Assembly (NCBI RefSeq): GCF_009834535.1
Contig: NC_045697.1
Coordinates: 54,562,001 to 54,626,000 of the forward strand
Direction: 5' to 3'
From: Camelus ferus
Taxonomy: Eukaryota
DNA length: 64,000 nucleotides
Below, piece by piece: positions 1-14,400 of the stretch. The notes beneath the pieces were generated by a model. That model made no database searches and was not told the origin of the DNA. It saw only the letters and a program-made list of their open reading frames with translations. Positions within the stretch are counted from its first letter, which is position 1. Each line of letters begins with the position of its first letter. The translations under genes and the position numbers were made by a program.

Positions 1-279
1 AAAGGAATTAATCCATATCTCAACAGCTTTAACATTATTCCCATTTCACAGACAAGAGAATTGAGAAATATATAGTTTAATTAACTTGCGCATGATGGCA
101 GAATTAGTGGATTAGAGTGGAACCCGGACTTATCTGATTTCAGAGTTAATTTTTAACCCCTCTTCCCTACCAAAAAAGGGTCTTAGCAGGTGATAACATT
201 TATTAAAGCATTACAAGTTTTAAACATTTATTAGCTCAACTCTTGATTAATGAATGTATTCAATAAGTAATGTATTTTT

Positions 280-1260
280 TATTACATAGTTATTGACTAT
301 ATTCCCCACACTGTGTATTTCATACCTGTGACTGATTTATTTTGCAACTGGAAGTTTGTAACTCTTAATCTCCCTCACCTATTTCTCTCCTCCTCTCATA
401 CCCCTACCCTCTGGCAACCACCTGTTTGTTCTCTGTATCTATAACCATCTCTGTTTTGTTAAGTTTGTTCATTTTTTTTTTAGATTTCACATATAAGTAA
501 AATCATGTAGTATTTGTCTTTCTCTGTCTGACTTATTTCATGTAGTGAATACTCTCTAGGTTCCTCCATGTTGTCACAAACAGCAGGATTTCATTCTTTT
601 TATGGTAGAATAATACTTTATTGTATATATATATATCCCACATCTTCATTCATCTGTCAATAGGCACTTAAGTTGCTTCTATATCTTGGCCATTGTAAAT
701 ATACTACTCTGAATATTGGGGAGCGTGAATCTTTTTGAATTAGTGTTTTTGTTTTCCTTGGATAAATACCCAGGCGTGGAATTGATGGATCATATGGTAG
801 TTTTATTTTTAATTTTTTTGTGGAATCTCCATACTGTTTTCCATGGTGGCTGCACCAGTTTACATTCCCACCAACAGTACACAAGGGTTCACTTTTCTCC
901 ACATCTTTGCCAACATTTGTTATTTGTTGGTGACATCTGCTTGTGGTTTTGATTTACATTTACCTGTTGATTAATGATGTTGAACATATTTTCATGTGCC
1001 TGTTAGCCATCTGTATATCTTCTTTGGAAAAATGTCTATTCAGATCCTCTACTCATTTTTTAACCGGGTTGTTTGCCTTTTGGAAGTTGCATTGTGTGAG
1101 TTCTTTGTACATTTTGGATATTTACCCCTTATCACATATATCACTTCTATTCAGCAGGTGGCCTTTTCATCTAGATGATAATTTCCTTCACTGTGCAAAA
1201 GCTTTTTAGCTTGACATAGTCCCATTTGTTTATTTTTGCTTTTGTTTCCTTTGTCTGAGA
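280..1260 (-). mobile_element. LINE-1 3' fragment (ORF2 C-terminus + 3' UTR), degraded
   Basis: Minus-strand track ORF 657..902 ([18 protein letters not shown]...[15 protein letters not shown]) resembles the L1 ORF2p C-terminus; typical 3' UTR text. Confidence 0.85.
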
Positions 1261-1829
1261 TGGTAATGTATTTTCTGATGAAAATTCCCTTGCAATTTTT
1301 CATTAAATCATTAAAAAAATAGGACATAGTTTCACAGAATCATAAAATGGTGAGGTCAAGTCTTCAGAGCCTCTAACTTAACTTTCCCATTATGTCATTA
1401 AGGAAACAGCCAGAAGCGTGCCACAGCTTGTCCTAGATGACATAGCTAGTCCAGTGAGCAGGTTTCAAAACTCCCGATTTACGACTCCTTTCAGGACATC
1501 ATACTTAATTGGTTACTTACATAGAGTAATTTTGTTCCCAATACCTCAAGAAAATATTATCCACATATTTGAAAAAAGAATACATCATCCATCTTCATTA
1601 TTATTATTATTATTATACCATTATTGCTTTCAGAGATGATACATAAAAGGGCTGGGTGTGACTGACAAGGCTTCACAGTGAAATATTTCTCTTCAAACGA
1701 CTTCTGCAATTTGTACCTCTTAGCCTTCCAAGTTTGACTTTTCACTATATGATAGAATTGTCGAGAAGTTTTACACCTCCACATGAAGGGCAGAGTCCGA
1801 GTGGAAAAGGGGAAGGGGGAAGAGGAGGA

Positions 1830-2440
1830 GGTGACGAAGGCGCGACAGGAGGATGAGGGTAGGACTACGAGATGATGGGCGGGGCTACTGGAAGAATGAA
1901 GGGCGGAGTTACGTAAGGCCGTCCTGAGGGAGAGTACAAGTGAGGGGGAGGGCCCGTAACGGCTTTCTGCGTCTGGAGGCGTACGACCCGCTTTGCGCAT
2001 GTGCAGCTGGTTTTAAACTGCGTAGGGCGCGGTGCGCGGGTCGGCGCGCTCGCCGCGTCGTAGCTCCTGAGTTCCCGGTACCTCACGCCCGCTCTCGCCT
2101 CAGGGCGCTGCTGGGCTCCCACTTTGGCTGCTACCCGAGTGGCTGGGTCCTTACCGGGCTGCTTGGAGCTACGGACCGTGTGGACTTCCGCCCCAACCAC
2201 CTCCGCGGGCACTGCCGGGCCCGAACATGGCTGCCTGGGGTCTGGTAAGTGCAGGCCCGGCGCCCGCGCTGAGGCGGGGAAGAATGAAGCGTTAACAGGT
2301 GTTGTGGCTTGTGGGGGGTTTCACTGGGACAGCCGCGCCAATTATTTGAAGTGGGAGTGATCGTGTGCGGATTGCCAGAGTTAATTTACTTGTATTGTTT
2401 CCTCAAGGCGTCTTGTAGTCCCGGGTGTGACGGCATCTTT
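1830..2440 (+). promoter_or_regulatory. CpG island promoter / 5' UTR of CENPC
   Basis: Sharp GC/CpG-rich block in an AT-rich background, spanning the ATG exon. GC boxes at 1877-1884 and ~1901; TTACGTAA palindrome 1909-1916; NRF1-like TGCGCATGTGCA 1994-2005; CHR-like TTTAAA 2012-2017; ETS ACTTCCG 2184-2190; YY1-like AACATGGCTGCC over the ATG. Boundaries approximate. Confidence 0.85.
2227..2244 (+). CDS. CENPC: CENPC coding exon 1 (MAAWGL)
   Basis: Kozak-like AACATGG; donor CTG|gtaagt; phase 0. Confidence 0.93.
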
Positions 2441-5400
2441 CTCTTGTGGTTTCTACTTTTTTGCCTAACTCCATTTCCCAGTCCTCCATAGAAGTTTCTG
2501 GCCAGAGAAGTATTGAAACGCCTTGAAAATGTGCCTTTGCTTCAGACTTGTTTGTCTGGAGAGGCGGACATCTGCTATTGACAGATAAAGTTTTCTGAAA
2601 GGCAGCTGCAACTTAAAAGTGCCAGCTGTGAATGGCTGAAGGGGGCGGGAACTCATTTTTTGTTTGCATGTTTCTGGACTCCCTTGGTACTCACTATTCT
2701 GTATTTCAGACTTCGTTTGTAGTTACTGTATTTTATACAACTGATTAACTTGTATTTTCTACTTTATCATTCCTTTTAAGAAAATTCAGTATCGATTAAC
2801 TCGCATTTGTAATAGAGATATGTATGTGTGCTTCTATGCATAGAGGCCTGTATTATGGACTAAGAATATTGCCTGCCATTTCGGTAAACATTTCGTAGTG
2901 CCCACCTTCAAACCACCCGCAACTGCAGCTGCCCGCCTCGGTGTCATGTGCCTGAGGGGAAGTCAGAACAGAGAAAAACAGGATAATGGACCTAGATAGA
3001 TAAGATACTTATTTGAGGAATAATTTCAATGAGTCCAGACTCTTGCAGCTTCCCATATTAGGGAAACACTAAAATAATGAACTTGAGGTGTCCGTTTTTT
3101 ATAATCAGCAGTAATCTTTTGATGTTTGACTATCTGTCCCCCCACCCCCGTCCCCCAAAAAACTCCTGTATGTCCTGACTCCTCCCTTACCTCTTTGGAA
3201 CCATTCCTCAGTTATCTGAGAGACCTTAGATACGGCCTATAGTTCTCAGTAAGGTCCCCAAGTAAAACTTAACTTGCAGATATTAACTTGTGCATTTTTT
3301 TTTCAGTTAACCATTATATATAATGTAAACAATGTACGTGCTTATGGTAAAAAGTATTCTCTATACCACCCTTTGATACTGTTGATTGAGGAAAAAAATG
3401 ATGGATCATATGGTAAGAGTATGTTTACTTTTGTGATAAGCCATGAAAGTGTCTTCCAAAGTGGCTGTGCCATTTTGCATTGCAATATGAGTGAGAATTT
3501 CCATTGTTCCACATTTGGAGTTGTTCTTCTAGATTTTGGTCATTTTTATAGGTGTTTAATGGTATCTCATTTTAATTTGCATTTCCCTTTGACATGTGTG
3601 GAACATCTTTTCAAATGCTTATTTGCCATCTGTACATCTTCTTAGGTGAGGTGTCTGTTAAGGTCTTATTTTTTAATTGGGTTGTTTTCTTATTATTGAG
3701 TTTTAAGAGTTCTCTGTATATTTTGGATAACAGTCCTTATCAGATTTGCCTTTTGTAAATGTTTTCTCCCAGCCTGTGTTCTGTGGCTTGTCTTCTCATT
3801 CTTTCTCTCTTTCTTTAATACCATGATCAGTATTTTATTTGTATCAGTGTTGACATTCATTTAAAATCTGTGATCAATAATCATAATATCAATGATATTA
3901 TTAACAGTTTATTTTCTCACTGTGGTCTCTGCCTTTCTGTTAACGAATTTCTCCTACTTCTAGGATGATGTCCTTCAGAATGTGGGAAGCTTAGACTGGT
4001 TGAAGCTTGTCGTAGTTCTCGCGCTAAACTGCTTTTCCTGCTTTCCATGCCTCCCGTCAGCCTTCTGTAATCATTGCCCTTGTCTCCCTCTTTCAAAGTT
4101 CTCTTTCCTTCTCTGTGTAATGGGCTTCCTAGGGGACTGCACTTAGATTCTGAGACTGAGGAAGAAAGAGATAGACAAAACGGAACTTGGAAGAGCAGCT
4201 GCTGGTCCATCCTGCTGTCTTCTCATTCTTTTGACCATAGGTTTGCTTTTAAAATGTCTATCATAAACTTAGAACTGCTTTGAGCCTTTTAGTTCTAATA
4301 TCTGACTTTGTGTCATAATTCGTTTAAAAGATGAGGGGAGAGAGGAGTTGAGAGATTATCCTCACTCAGTCCTGGACTTCCGTGGTTTCTAACCTGGTGT
4401 GATTTTGTCCTGTAGGAGACATTTGGAGATGTCTGCAAAAATTTCTGGTTGTCTTGAGAGGGCATAGATGAGGGGGTGCTAAGAGCACCTAATGAGTGGA
4501 GGCCAGGGATGCCGCTAAACATTCTAAAATGCACAGGGCAGGCCCTCACAACAAAAGTTATCCAGCCCAAAATGTCAGTGGTGCTGGGATTAAGAAGCTC
4601 TGCTGTGTTGTGTATTACTTTCTTTGAGAAACATAATCTCGCAGTGAATGGAAGAAACTAAAATTGAAATTGAATGAAAAATGAGTTGAAGTAGCAGTTT
4701 TTGAATGTGTATTTTGAAAATTAAAATTTTCTCTATTCTAACTTTTAATTTAGAATTAAGAGACCTCGTTTGTCTTGTTCACCACTTGTTTTCTAGCAAG
4801 CCTAAATAACATTTAGCGGTGCTCGATTTGTATTTGCTGAATGAATGAGCTATCTTAGCCTTAAAATTTTTCTATTTAAAAGAGGAACAGAATACTTTAC
4901 AGGGGTTATTTAATATTCAGAAACATTCATTGTACAAATTTGATTCTTTCAATTTATTGTGTGAAAATAGAAGGGAGACCTTAAATTAGCCCTTGGAAGG
5001 TAGTTAACCAACATTCTCAGGGGTTTACTTAAGTATTTCAGAACGCTGAGTACTGATGAGAGACCTTAGTGCTTCAGTTAAGTTTCCATCAAATGACTTG
5101 TGATGAAAAGCAATCTTGTTAGATGTTTTTGTTCCTTAGTTTGCTACCTATAAAATAGACGTAATCTTTTGCTCCTTAGATACCTCCTGAAGATAGAGGC
5201 TATGTGAAACACTCTCACCTTCTTTAAAGAAAGACATTTTTATCTCAAAAGTTTTTGGTCTTATGTATTTGGCATGTCAAAAAGATAACAAAAAATGGTG
5301 TTTATGTGATATACAATGCACTAGGCAAGGCTCTGGGAAGACTGTAAACTAGCTTAAGACACAATCTCTGCTCTCGAAATTTCTTAAAATGTAGTAGAGG

Positions 5401-8400
5401 TCTTCAGCTTCCAGGATAATTCAATCCAAAAACCGTTAGGTGGGGCCAAGCAAGGTAGCAGTCCCTATGGATGGGAAGCTACTGTGACCCAGAGGAGTGT
5501 GTAGGAGCCTTAGTTGAGTCAGAAGGGTGGCCCAGCTCAGGATGTTAGAGCATGAGTAGGGTAAAGAGAATGTCTACATGAGATGGGGTCATTTATATTC
5601 CATTGGGCCAAGTAAAAGTGAAGCTTACTAAGCATTTTGTGATAATAATATACTTACTTTTAAAAGCATACTATTCATCTATTACTGTCCAATTTTCAAA
5701 TAGAAAATTTAACTTTGTAGATTTTACAATTAGACTATAGGACCCAGAGTATCACAGTATTACTCTCCATCTGTAATTTCAGCATGTCTGTGTTTTTTAT
5801 TTTTCCTGTTGTTTCCATTGATGGGGACTGCTTCTTTACTGGGGTTACCTATTTTCTCTTTTTTGAAACATTCTAGCATCTTTTTATACTCAATTTTTCT
5901 AATATTTCACTCATATTCCTAAGTATGGATCTTCTTGAATTTTCATTATACTGACCACTTATGTCCTACAGATTTGGGGAATTTGATTGTATATCTTTTA
6001 GATTTTTATCTCTTGCCTTTTTGTTCTGTCTGGAATAACTATTGGTCAGAAGTTGGACTCTCTGATTTCTTAGATCTTTGTTTTATTTTCCTCCCATTTT
6101 CCATCTCTTTGACTTTTGTTCTGTTTTTTTTTTCTCTCTAGAAGTATCCTTAGCTGTTTCATAATTACTGCATTATTTTAGGTAATCATGTTTTTAATTA
6201 TTAAGAATTTTTCTCACTCTCTGTCTTGTGCTTATAGTATACCATTTCTGATTTGTGAGCCCATTATTACCTCAAATCTCTCTTGAAGGTGCTAATTAGC
6301 ATTTTCTTTTTTGTGTGTGTTTTCTTTTTTTTTTTTTTTGGAATTATCTTCCTCATCCTTGCTATTAGTTTCCTCTTGGGCCTTTTTCTTTTTCATTTTT
6401 TAAAATTTATATCTTGATCTTCCTCTTTTATTTTAGAAACTTAGTGTCTGGTTATCCATAGATGCTGGTAATGTTTAAAACTGCGACAATGGAATACTGT
6501 TTTTGAGCTCTGCATTTATGGGGATAGGGAAAGTGGGGGGAGGGCATCTACTGTTCTCAGAAAATATAAATTTTCTTTGAATTGCTCTGTTTTTATTTCC
6601 TGTCTCTTTAGCTCCTTCAGATCTCGAGTTTCCTAGTTCTGCATAGTTAAGGCTTTCTCCTGGCATAACAGCTTCACTCCTCATCCAGGACAGTATCTTG
6701 TGAGCTTACTTTAGGCCGCTTCTGCTTTTACTCTGTTTCATCAGTTACCACGTTTTCATTTGTTTTCCATCTTCCAGAAGTTAAATTTGTGTGTCCACAG
6801 ATAGTCCTCTCTTCCATTCTCTTTCTCATTGTCATTTTATGTCAGTTTATTATTTTACTACTTCAGAGGGATCTCCCTGTAGGGAAAGGTGGTAAGTAGA
6901 TATTATTAGTTAACCAACTTGAATTATTGGAAGCCCAGATAATATGATTTTAATGGAAAAGGTATGGGAGGAGGGGGAGGAAGTGGAAGAGGATGTAATA
7001 AATCCCAGGGTAAGGAAATAGTGTAAACAAAGTTTTGGAAACAGTAGATATGAGGCAAGTTCTTTTTCACTTGATCCAGAAGAATTCCTCTTTATAGTAT
7101 TATAATACACAATCACTAAATACTTGCTGAATGAATAAATGAAGAACTTAAATTTTCACCAGATTGATGATTTACTTTTCTTTCAGGATCATCTTAAAAA
7201 TGACTATAGGAGAAGATTCTGCCGATCTTCCAGGTGATTTATATACTTAAGCTTTTAAGATGATTTTTATTGCCATCTTCAGAAAGTAGAATTTTTAAAT
7301 GAAGAAAGGAAAAACTATTATCTCTAACTAAAATAATAATTTCTATGCCCACTGATTGTGTAGTCATCTTAGTTATTTTATATTAACAGAAGACTATTAA
7401 TGCAAGCAGTGCAGTGACTTAATGGAAGTGAGAAAAGAAATTCACCTGTTAAATGGTGGACCAGGAAGAAGCAGTTTCAGTTCTGACTAAATGACAGCTA
7501 TGGGGAAACACTCTAAAGTCGATTGAATGGTAATAATAGAAAGATGTAGTTTATTCCATGGAGCTAAAAGAAAAGGTGGATGTGGTTCTAAAAGGGCAAT
7601 AGAAGGATCTTTGTGGTGATGGAACTGCTCAGTATCTTAACTGTGGTGGCCATATCTGAACCTTCAAATGTGATAAACTACACAGAACTAAATACACACA
7701 CAAACATAAACACACAAATGAGTACATGTAGAACTGGAGAAATCTAAATAAAATTGTAGATTCTATCAATATCAGTATCCTGATTGTGACAGTAAACTAT
7801 AGTTTTGCAAAATGTTACCTTTGCAGGAAACTGGATAAAGTCAAAGAGGGATCTCTTCTATGTTATTTCTTACAATTGTACTTGAATCTACAATTGTGTC
7901 AATACAACTTCTAAGTAAAAATGTATACTGATTCATAAGCTCCTGTTAAGAGTAAAGATACTGAATCAAAAGTGCATTTGAAATCTTGTGGGGAAAACTG
8001 TGTTACTTGGAGCTGTTAGGACTTCTGACCATAGAGAATTAAAGAAGCATTTCAGGGTTGTTTGAATTTGCTCAAAAGAGTTTATGTTCTTGTTTAGGTA
8101 TAGCAGTGGTCTAAAACAGCTTTAGTCATGGCTATTCAGTCAAGTAATTTTATTGTTAATGTAGACAATGATGTATTACTAAACATCCTTTTCTAGGAAC
8201 TCTTGGACTCCCAAATACTTGTTTTGTCCTCAGATAGTAATGGTGATATTTTTCCTATTAAGTAAATTAACATTTTATAGTAAGCAGATAAGGGATTGTC
8301 AAAGTAGATGTTAATAGGTAGCAAATATCTTTTGGAAATGATACGTTGACATTTTCCTTTCTTTCCTGCTTTTTTTAGGGCACCTGACATTAATACGGAG

Positions 8401-11400
8401 CAAGGCCAGAATATACTGAAAACCTTACTAGACTGTTTTGAAGAAAAAAGTAAGGTTTCATTTCTACATGGACTTTGAGGGTTGGGTTGGATGAAAATAT
8501 AAATTTTTCCTATTAATATCAAATTCAGCAACTATAGTATTTAAATATATGTAAAATATTTTCCTAGGAATTTTGAGTACACGTACAGTTCTTGTACCTT
8601 CTGGTCCACTGAAGACAATACTGGCAAAAATGAGAATAATTTATTATTCCCTTCAGTCGTACTAGATTCCTATAGTCTAGAAGTCATAAATTTAATTATC
8701 ATACACAGGAGAAAGTATTTCATGTAATGGAAATAAATGTGCAGAATTCTTGGGCTCACTGGAGAGCTTGAGATACCGTTTGGTGATTTCCTAAAGAAAA
8801 GATGAATTATGGCAAAAACTTTTCCAAGTGTGGGTCAGCATTAGAAGGTATTGGAATAAAAGAATAGGCCAACCAGAGAAAAACAGATGCATCTTTTTAT
8901 AAGCTCTGAAAGAAGAACTGGCACATGTTTTTCCAGGAACCTTGTTTGTCTTTTTTAGTTCCAGATGCCTTTTAGGAACATTTGACTATCGAATTGATGC
9001 CTGTACTTCAGTTAAACTAATTGCATTTAAAAGAATCAACAGAATTCTTCAGACTTCTTTTAATTGTAACCGAAAGATTTTATACATATTTTGTTTTTAA
9101 AAATTTTTAACTTTTTTTAGGTCTTGCCAATGATTTTAGCACAAATTCTACAAAATCAGTGCTTTATTCAACACCTAAAATAAAAGACATTTGTATTCAG
9201 TCACCAAGCAAAGAGGTAAGTGAAAAAAGAGAACTGGTATAGGTTTAATATTTTAATGAATGAAGCAGTACACAATATATATAGTTAGATACATTTTGGT
9301 TGTTTGTCTTATTCTTATTCTTATTCTTAAAAGGAAATCCTATATTCCCATTGAGTTTATATAAAATGTAGAGGTATTTTTTGAAAATTTTGGCCTGACA
9401 TTTCCTGTGTTTGAAATTGGAGGTCTGGGAGTTAGAATTATCAAATGTAATGCAATCACTTTTCACTCTTCCTAAAATAATGCTTAAATTAGGTTTTTAG
9501 GAAAGTGGGCAACTATTAAAGTTCCTAATCCAGGTTGTCAAGTTTGGTTGTTTTCTGAAAACGGAAGGCAATTTATTGCTATACAGGGGACTCAATCTTT
9601 TATTGATTATATATATCTTAAGAGGATAGGTTGACGTAACTCTGTAAAATAGCACTTTGGAATAGAGTTTTTGAAGCTTATAATTGAAGACCAGTTATTC
9701 AAAAGAACAACACTAATTGGAGAGAAGAATTGGATATAGACAAACCTTGTTTTATTTGCTTTATTGCCCTTCACAGATAGTGCATTATTTACAAATTGGA
9801 GGTTAGTGGCAACCCTATGTCAAGCAAGTCTGTCAGTACCATTTTTCTGACAGTATTTGCTCACTTCGTGTCTCTTTGTCATATTTTGGTAATTCTCACA
9901 ATATTTCAGATGTTGTCATTATAATCATATTTGTTAATGATGATTTGTGATCAGCGATCTTTGATGTTACTGTTGCAAAAAATTGATATTTAGAAGGCTT
10001 AGATGATCAGCATTTTTTAGCAATAAATATTTTAAAATTAAGGTATGTACTTTTTTTAGACAATGCTATTGCTTTTTTAGATAATATGGTATATTAATAT
10101 TAATATACTACAGTATAGTGTAAACATAACTTTTGTATGCACTGGGAAATTAAAAAATTCATGTGACTTGCTTTATTGCAATACTCATTTTATTGAGGTG
10201 GTCTGGAACTGAACTCACAGTATCTCCCAGGTATGCCTCTAGTGCTGGAAATAACATTCATTAAAAACTTGTGTAAACAAATAATTAAACATATATAGCC
10301 TTTTGGTTACAAGGAATGAAGACAGATCCATCCTGTCAGAATTGAGAGACCTTTAATGTGATAAATTGATTTTTGAAAGTTAAATCAGCTAAATTTCCTG
10401 GGATAATCATGACTTGGTCATAAAGTAATAACCTTATTTGATTTGGTTTGCTAATATTTAAGATGCTTGCATCTATGTTCATGAACAATATTGTCTTTTT
10501 TCTCAAAATGTTCTTGTAGGGCTTTGGTATCAAGGTATCAAGGTTATGCTAGAGGTTCCACTTTTAGGTGGGATGTAATAGATTGCAAGATTGCAGTAGG
10601 TCAACACCCTTGGTGCAATTGCTAGTTAAAAAAGAGAATGAAATGCAAACATAATATTTTTAGAGACATTGGGAGTTGTGGAAGCAATAAGGGCTAGTTG
10701 AACTAAAATTCCAAAGAGAGAAGAATCCTTAGAAGATGAGTTGATGTTGTTAATCATTTTCTTCCCTGAGAGTATTTACTAATTTTGGGCAAAAGCTGAG
10801 GGTTTTGGATTGGCCCAGGCAGAGGGAGTCTACTGTGGGAAAGTAGGGCTTTTGTTACTAGTACAGGGATGGCATGACAAATTGAAATCCTGGAGGCACC
10901 CCAGGTGGATAGTCACTTTTCCTTAAAGAACATTTGTAAGTTCTGAGGTAGTCAGGAACCTTGGGCCGGAAAGGTAGAGTGAAACATGTAGTCTTGGTAT
11001 GCTAACAAGGCAAAATCCTGTTGCAGGAAAGGAGCCCACTACAAATAGACATTTGCCACATTTTGAAGCAGTCTGGGACAGAGGCTAAAAACATGTTAAA
11101 CAAAAACCTCCAAAGGACTGAACTGAATACATTGCAATCTTTAAGGGCTAAACAGGCTCACCAGGTTCTCAGTCACCCAGAAGAACTCATTCTGAAGGAC
11201 ACAGGGCAGGTTACAAGTGGCCTGGGTCTTACTAAAATTTTATGTCAGATCCAGCTCAATCCTTGAGAGTGAGGATCTAATCATTTCAATCCAGTCTGCT
11301 TAAAAGTAGAAAAGGAGAACCTACTATATAGAAAGATATTATTGGGCACTTCTACTTTTTTTAAATAAAACCTTTTGCTTTGAGATAATTGTAGATTTAC

Positions 11401-14400
11401 AAGCAGCTATAAGAAATAGTAGACTGGAAGACCCTGTAGGCTTTACCTAGTTTCCTGTAAAGGTACCTTCTTGCAAAAACTATAGTACAACATCACAAGT
11501 AGCGTACTGACACTGATGCAGACAGGATATAGAACAATTCCACCACTACAGGATCCCTTTTATCCTTTTATAGCAGTACTTACTTCTCTCTCACCCTCAC
11601 CCACTCAGCTCCTGAAACCCCTAATCTGTTCTCCATTTCTACAATTTTGTTATTTCAAGAATGTTATTTAAATGGAGTCATATAGTATATAACTTTTTGG
11701 ACTTGTCTTTTTCACTTAGTATAATTCTTTGGTGATTCATCCAGGATTTTGTGTATATCAATAATTCATTTCTTTTTATTGCTAAGAGGTATCTCATGAT
11801 ATAGATACACCACAGTTTGCTTAGCCACTCCCTTATCTCTTAGTTTTCTCGATTTAATTATCATGGTTTTAAAATTTGTTGATTTTCTGTGCACCTCTGA
11901 CTAATTTGTCACCAGTTTTTCTGACAGAATGGTGAATGTATTCTCAGTGTATATAGACCCATCAAGTAATTTATCATTTTCAATTTTTTTCTGGAGATAT
12001 CCTTTGTAGATTTCTCTACTCTGATTTTTGCTTCTGTCCACCCATAGGCTTGTCACATAGGTGTTGCTGTGTGACTTCCCTTTATCATCCAGGGAAGTTC
12101 CTTGTCTTTTCTCCTGTACTGCAGCTCATATTTCTTGGATCCCAAATCTTTTCTTTTTTTTGTTTGGTGGACTGATCCTTTAGTAGCTTCCTGAGAATTT
12201 AAGACCTTAAATGTTTGAAAATAGCATAACTTTACCCTCATGATGGATAATTACAGGTATAAAATTCTAGGTTGGAAATGATTTTCCGTCAGATTCCTAA
12301 AGACGTGCTCTTTTTTTTTAATAAAGCTTCTCGTGTTGTTGAGAATGCTGTTTTGACTCCTTGATCCTTTGTGAGTCACTATTTTTTCACATTTATAAGC
12401 TTTTAGAATCTTTTCATCTGTCTTTAGTGATCTGAAATTTCATGATATTTCTTGTTGTTAGGTTCTTCTAACTTTTTGTATTAGGATTTTTTGGTACAGT
12501 TCTATTTCCTGCAGGTAACTTTTTTGCTTACTTTGCTCATTGCCTTTTACACTAGAGCCTTTGGTCAGATGTACAGTGATCCTTAGTGGTCTCCTCACTT
12601 TTAAGAGTGTAAAACTAAAATGGTGATTGGAAACTCTACTTTCATAGTTAGAATTTTACATTGGTAGATTTTGCTGTGGTGTGATCTGTCTGGATCATGT
12701 CATTGTGGATGTCCAGATGCTAATATCTATAGGTTTTTTCTTCTTTTGGCTTGATAAGTTTCTCTGACAAAAAAATCTCTCCTGCTTGGGGGATCTGATT
12801 CTAACTACAGGTGTTCTCAGCCAGATGGGGCAAGAGGGAAGAGGTGCAATTTGAATACTTCCACTTAATATCTCTGTTTTCAGTGTGTTCTTATCTTCAA
12901 CTGTGTCTCATGTCACTGAGCTCAGAGTCTCTCTGATTTGAAACTCAAGACAGTAAACATCTAATCTTCTGTTAGAGTTGGGAGAGGAGGGACTCCGTGA
13001 CTGACTGCTTCGTATACATATTTTTAACAACTCTTCTCTTTGCAGGCCATACCTGGACCCCCTCTTTTAGAGGTGCCTTGTACCTTGATCTTACGGGTTT
13101 TTCCGTAAACATAAATCTGTGTGCTTCTGGGCTTTCTCCATTGCTAGCATATTTCTGCTCTTTCTGGGCTGGTTAGTTGCTGCTGATATGCTTTCCAACC
13201 TCAAAAAGTTTATTGACATCTCTCATCTACACTTTTTTTTCTCTTCATCCTTCTGGGTTTACACATGTTAAAAAATCCTTAGTGATGTCTCAGGAAGGAG
13301 CAGAATATTGTGAAAACTTACTTTTGTTACTTTTGTCATTGAGTTCCATAGTGTATCCACCGCTAGCAGTGTAGTGGCTCCATTATTTATGTATTCCCCT
13401 GTTGGCAGATTTTTAAGTTGTTTTCCCTCTATATCACAGTGATATAGTGAACACTTTTGTTTATACCTCCTTGTATACATGTTGTAAACTGAATTTCTCT
13501 AGGATATGCACATTTGAACTGCACTTGTTAAATATTGTCAATTTTTTCTGCAAAATTGTTCACTTGTTTTTTTTTCCTGCCTGCCGTGTATTGAGATTTC
13601 TCTTTTCTATATTTTTAAAATTTATAACTATGTATTTCAGATTTTCAAAAGAAAAAATATATGTACATAAGGTATTAAAAATAACAAATGAAAACCCATG
13701 TGACCATTCCTCAGTGTAAAAAATAACCAAAACCTTTGAAGCATCTATGTGCCCCTTTTTGATCCTATTCTTTTGCCTCTCCTCCCTGTGTAGAGGTAAC
13801 CACTGTCTTAAATTTCATGTTCATCATTCTCATCCTTTGTTTTATAGTTTTACCACATATGGATGTGTGCTGACATTTATGTCAGCATTTCTTCCACTAC
13901 TTATGACAGAGGTCCTACTGCCATCCATCCACATGTTGTGTGCTTCACTAGATAGGACTCATGAGTCTCTGCATGTAGTTAGGTGTACTCATGACTAAGA
14001 TGTATTATAGGCATACAGTCAGGATACAAAGCCACTTCAGTTAGAGAAAAAGATGCATCAGGCAGAGTCTGGAGGAATCCATACCAGGCTTCCTATGTTC
14101 TCTAGAGGGGCCACAAAGAATACACTCATTGCATCCACCAGTGAAATGCCATAAAACATGTACAGTCTTTCTACTCTGGAAAGCCTTTTGAGACTTGGCC
14201 CATTTTATTGGGGGCTGGTTAAATATAACCCTCTGCTCACCAAAGTTCTGTATTCCCTGAGGGGAAAAAAAAGCAGGTGTTTACCATAAATCACATTGTT
14301 TATACAGACAGGCTGGCATAGCAGGTACAACCTTACCAGTTGGTAATGGAGGAAATATTTTGAAAGCCAGGTCCCTAGGTGCCAGCCAAAGACTAGTCCT

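Noticed and set aside
1557..2360. Overlapping 78-147 aa ORFs on both strands around the promoter
   Set aside because: Expected by-product of GC-rich, stop-poor CpG island sequence; no recognisable protein features.
3917..4283. ORFs and CpG-containing stretch in intron 1 as a separate gene or cryptic exon
   Set aside because: An acceptor-like site exists near 3963, but I found no convincing paired donor and no recognisable product, so it cannot be supported from sequence alone.
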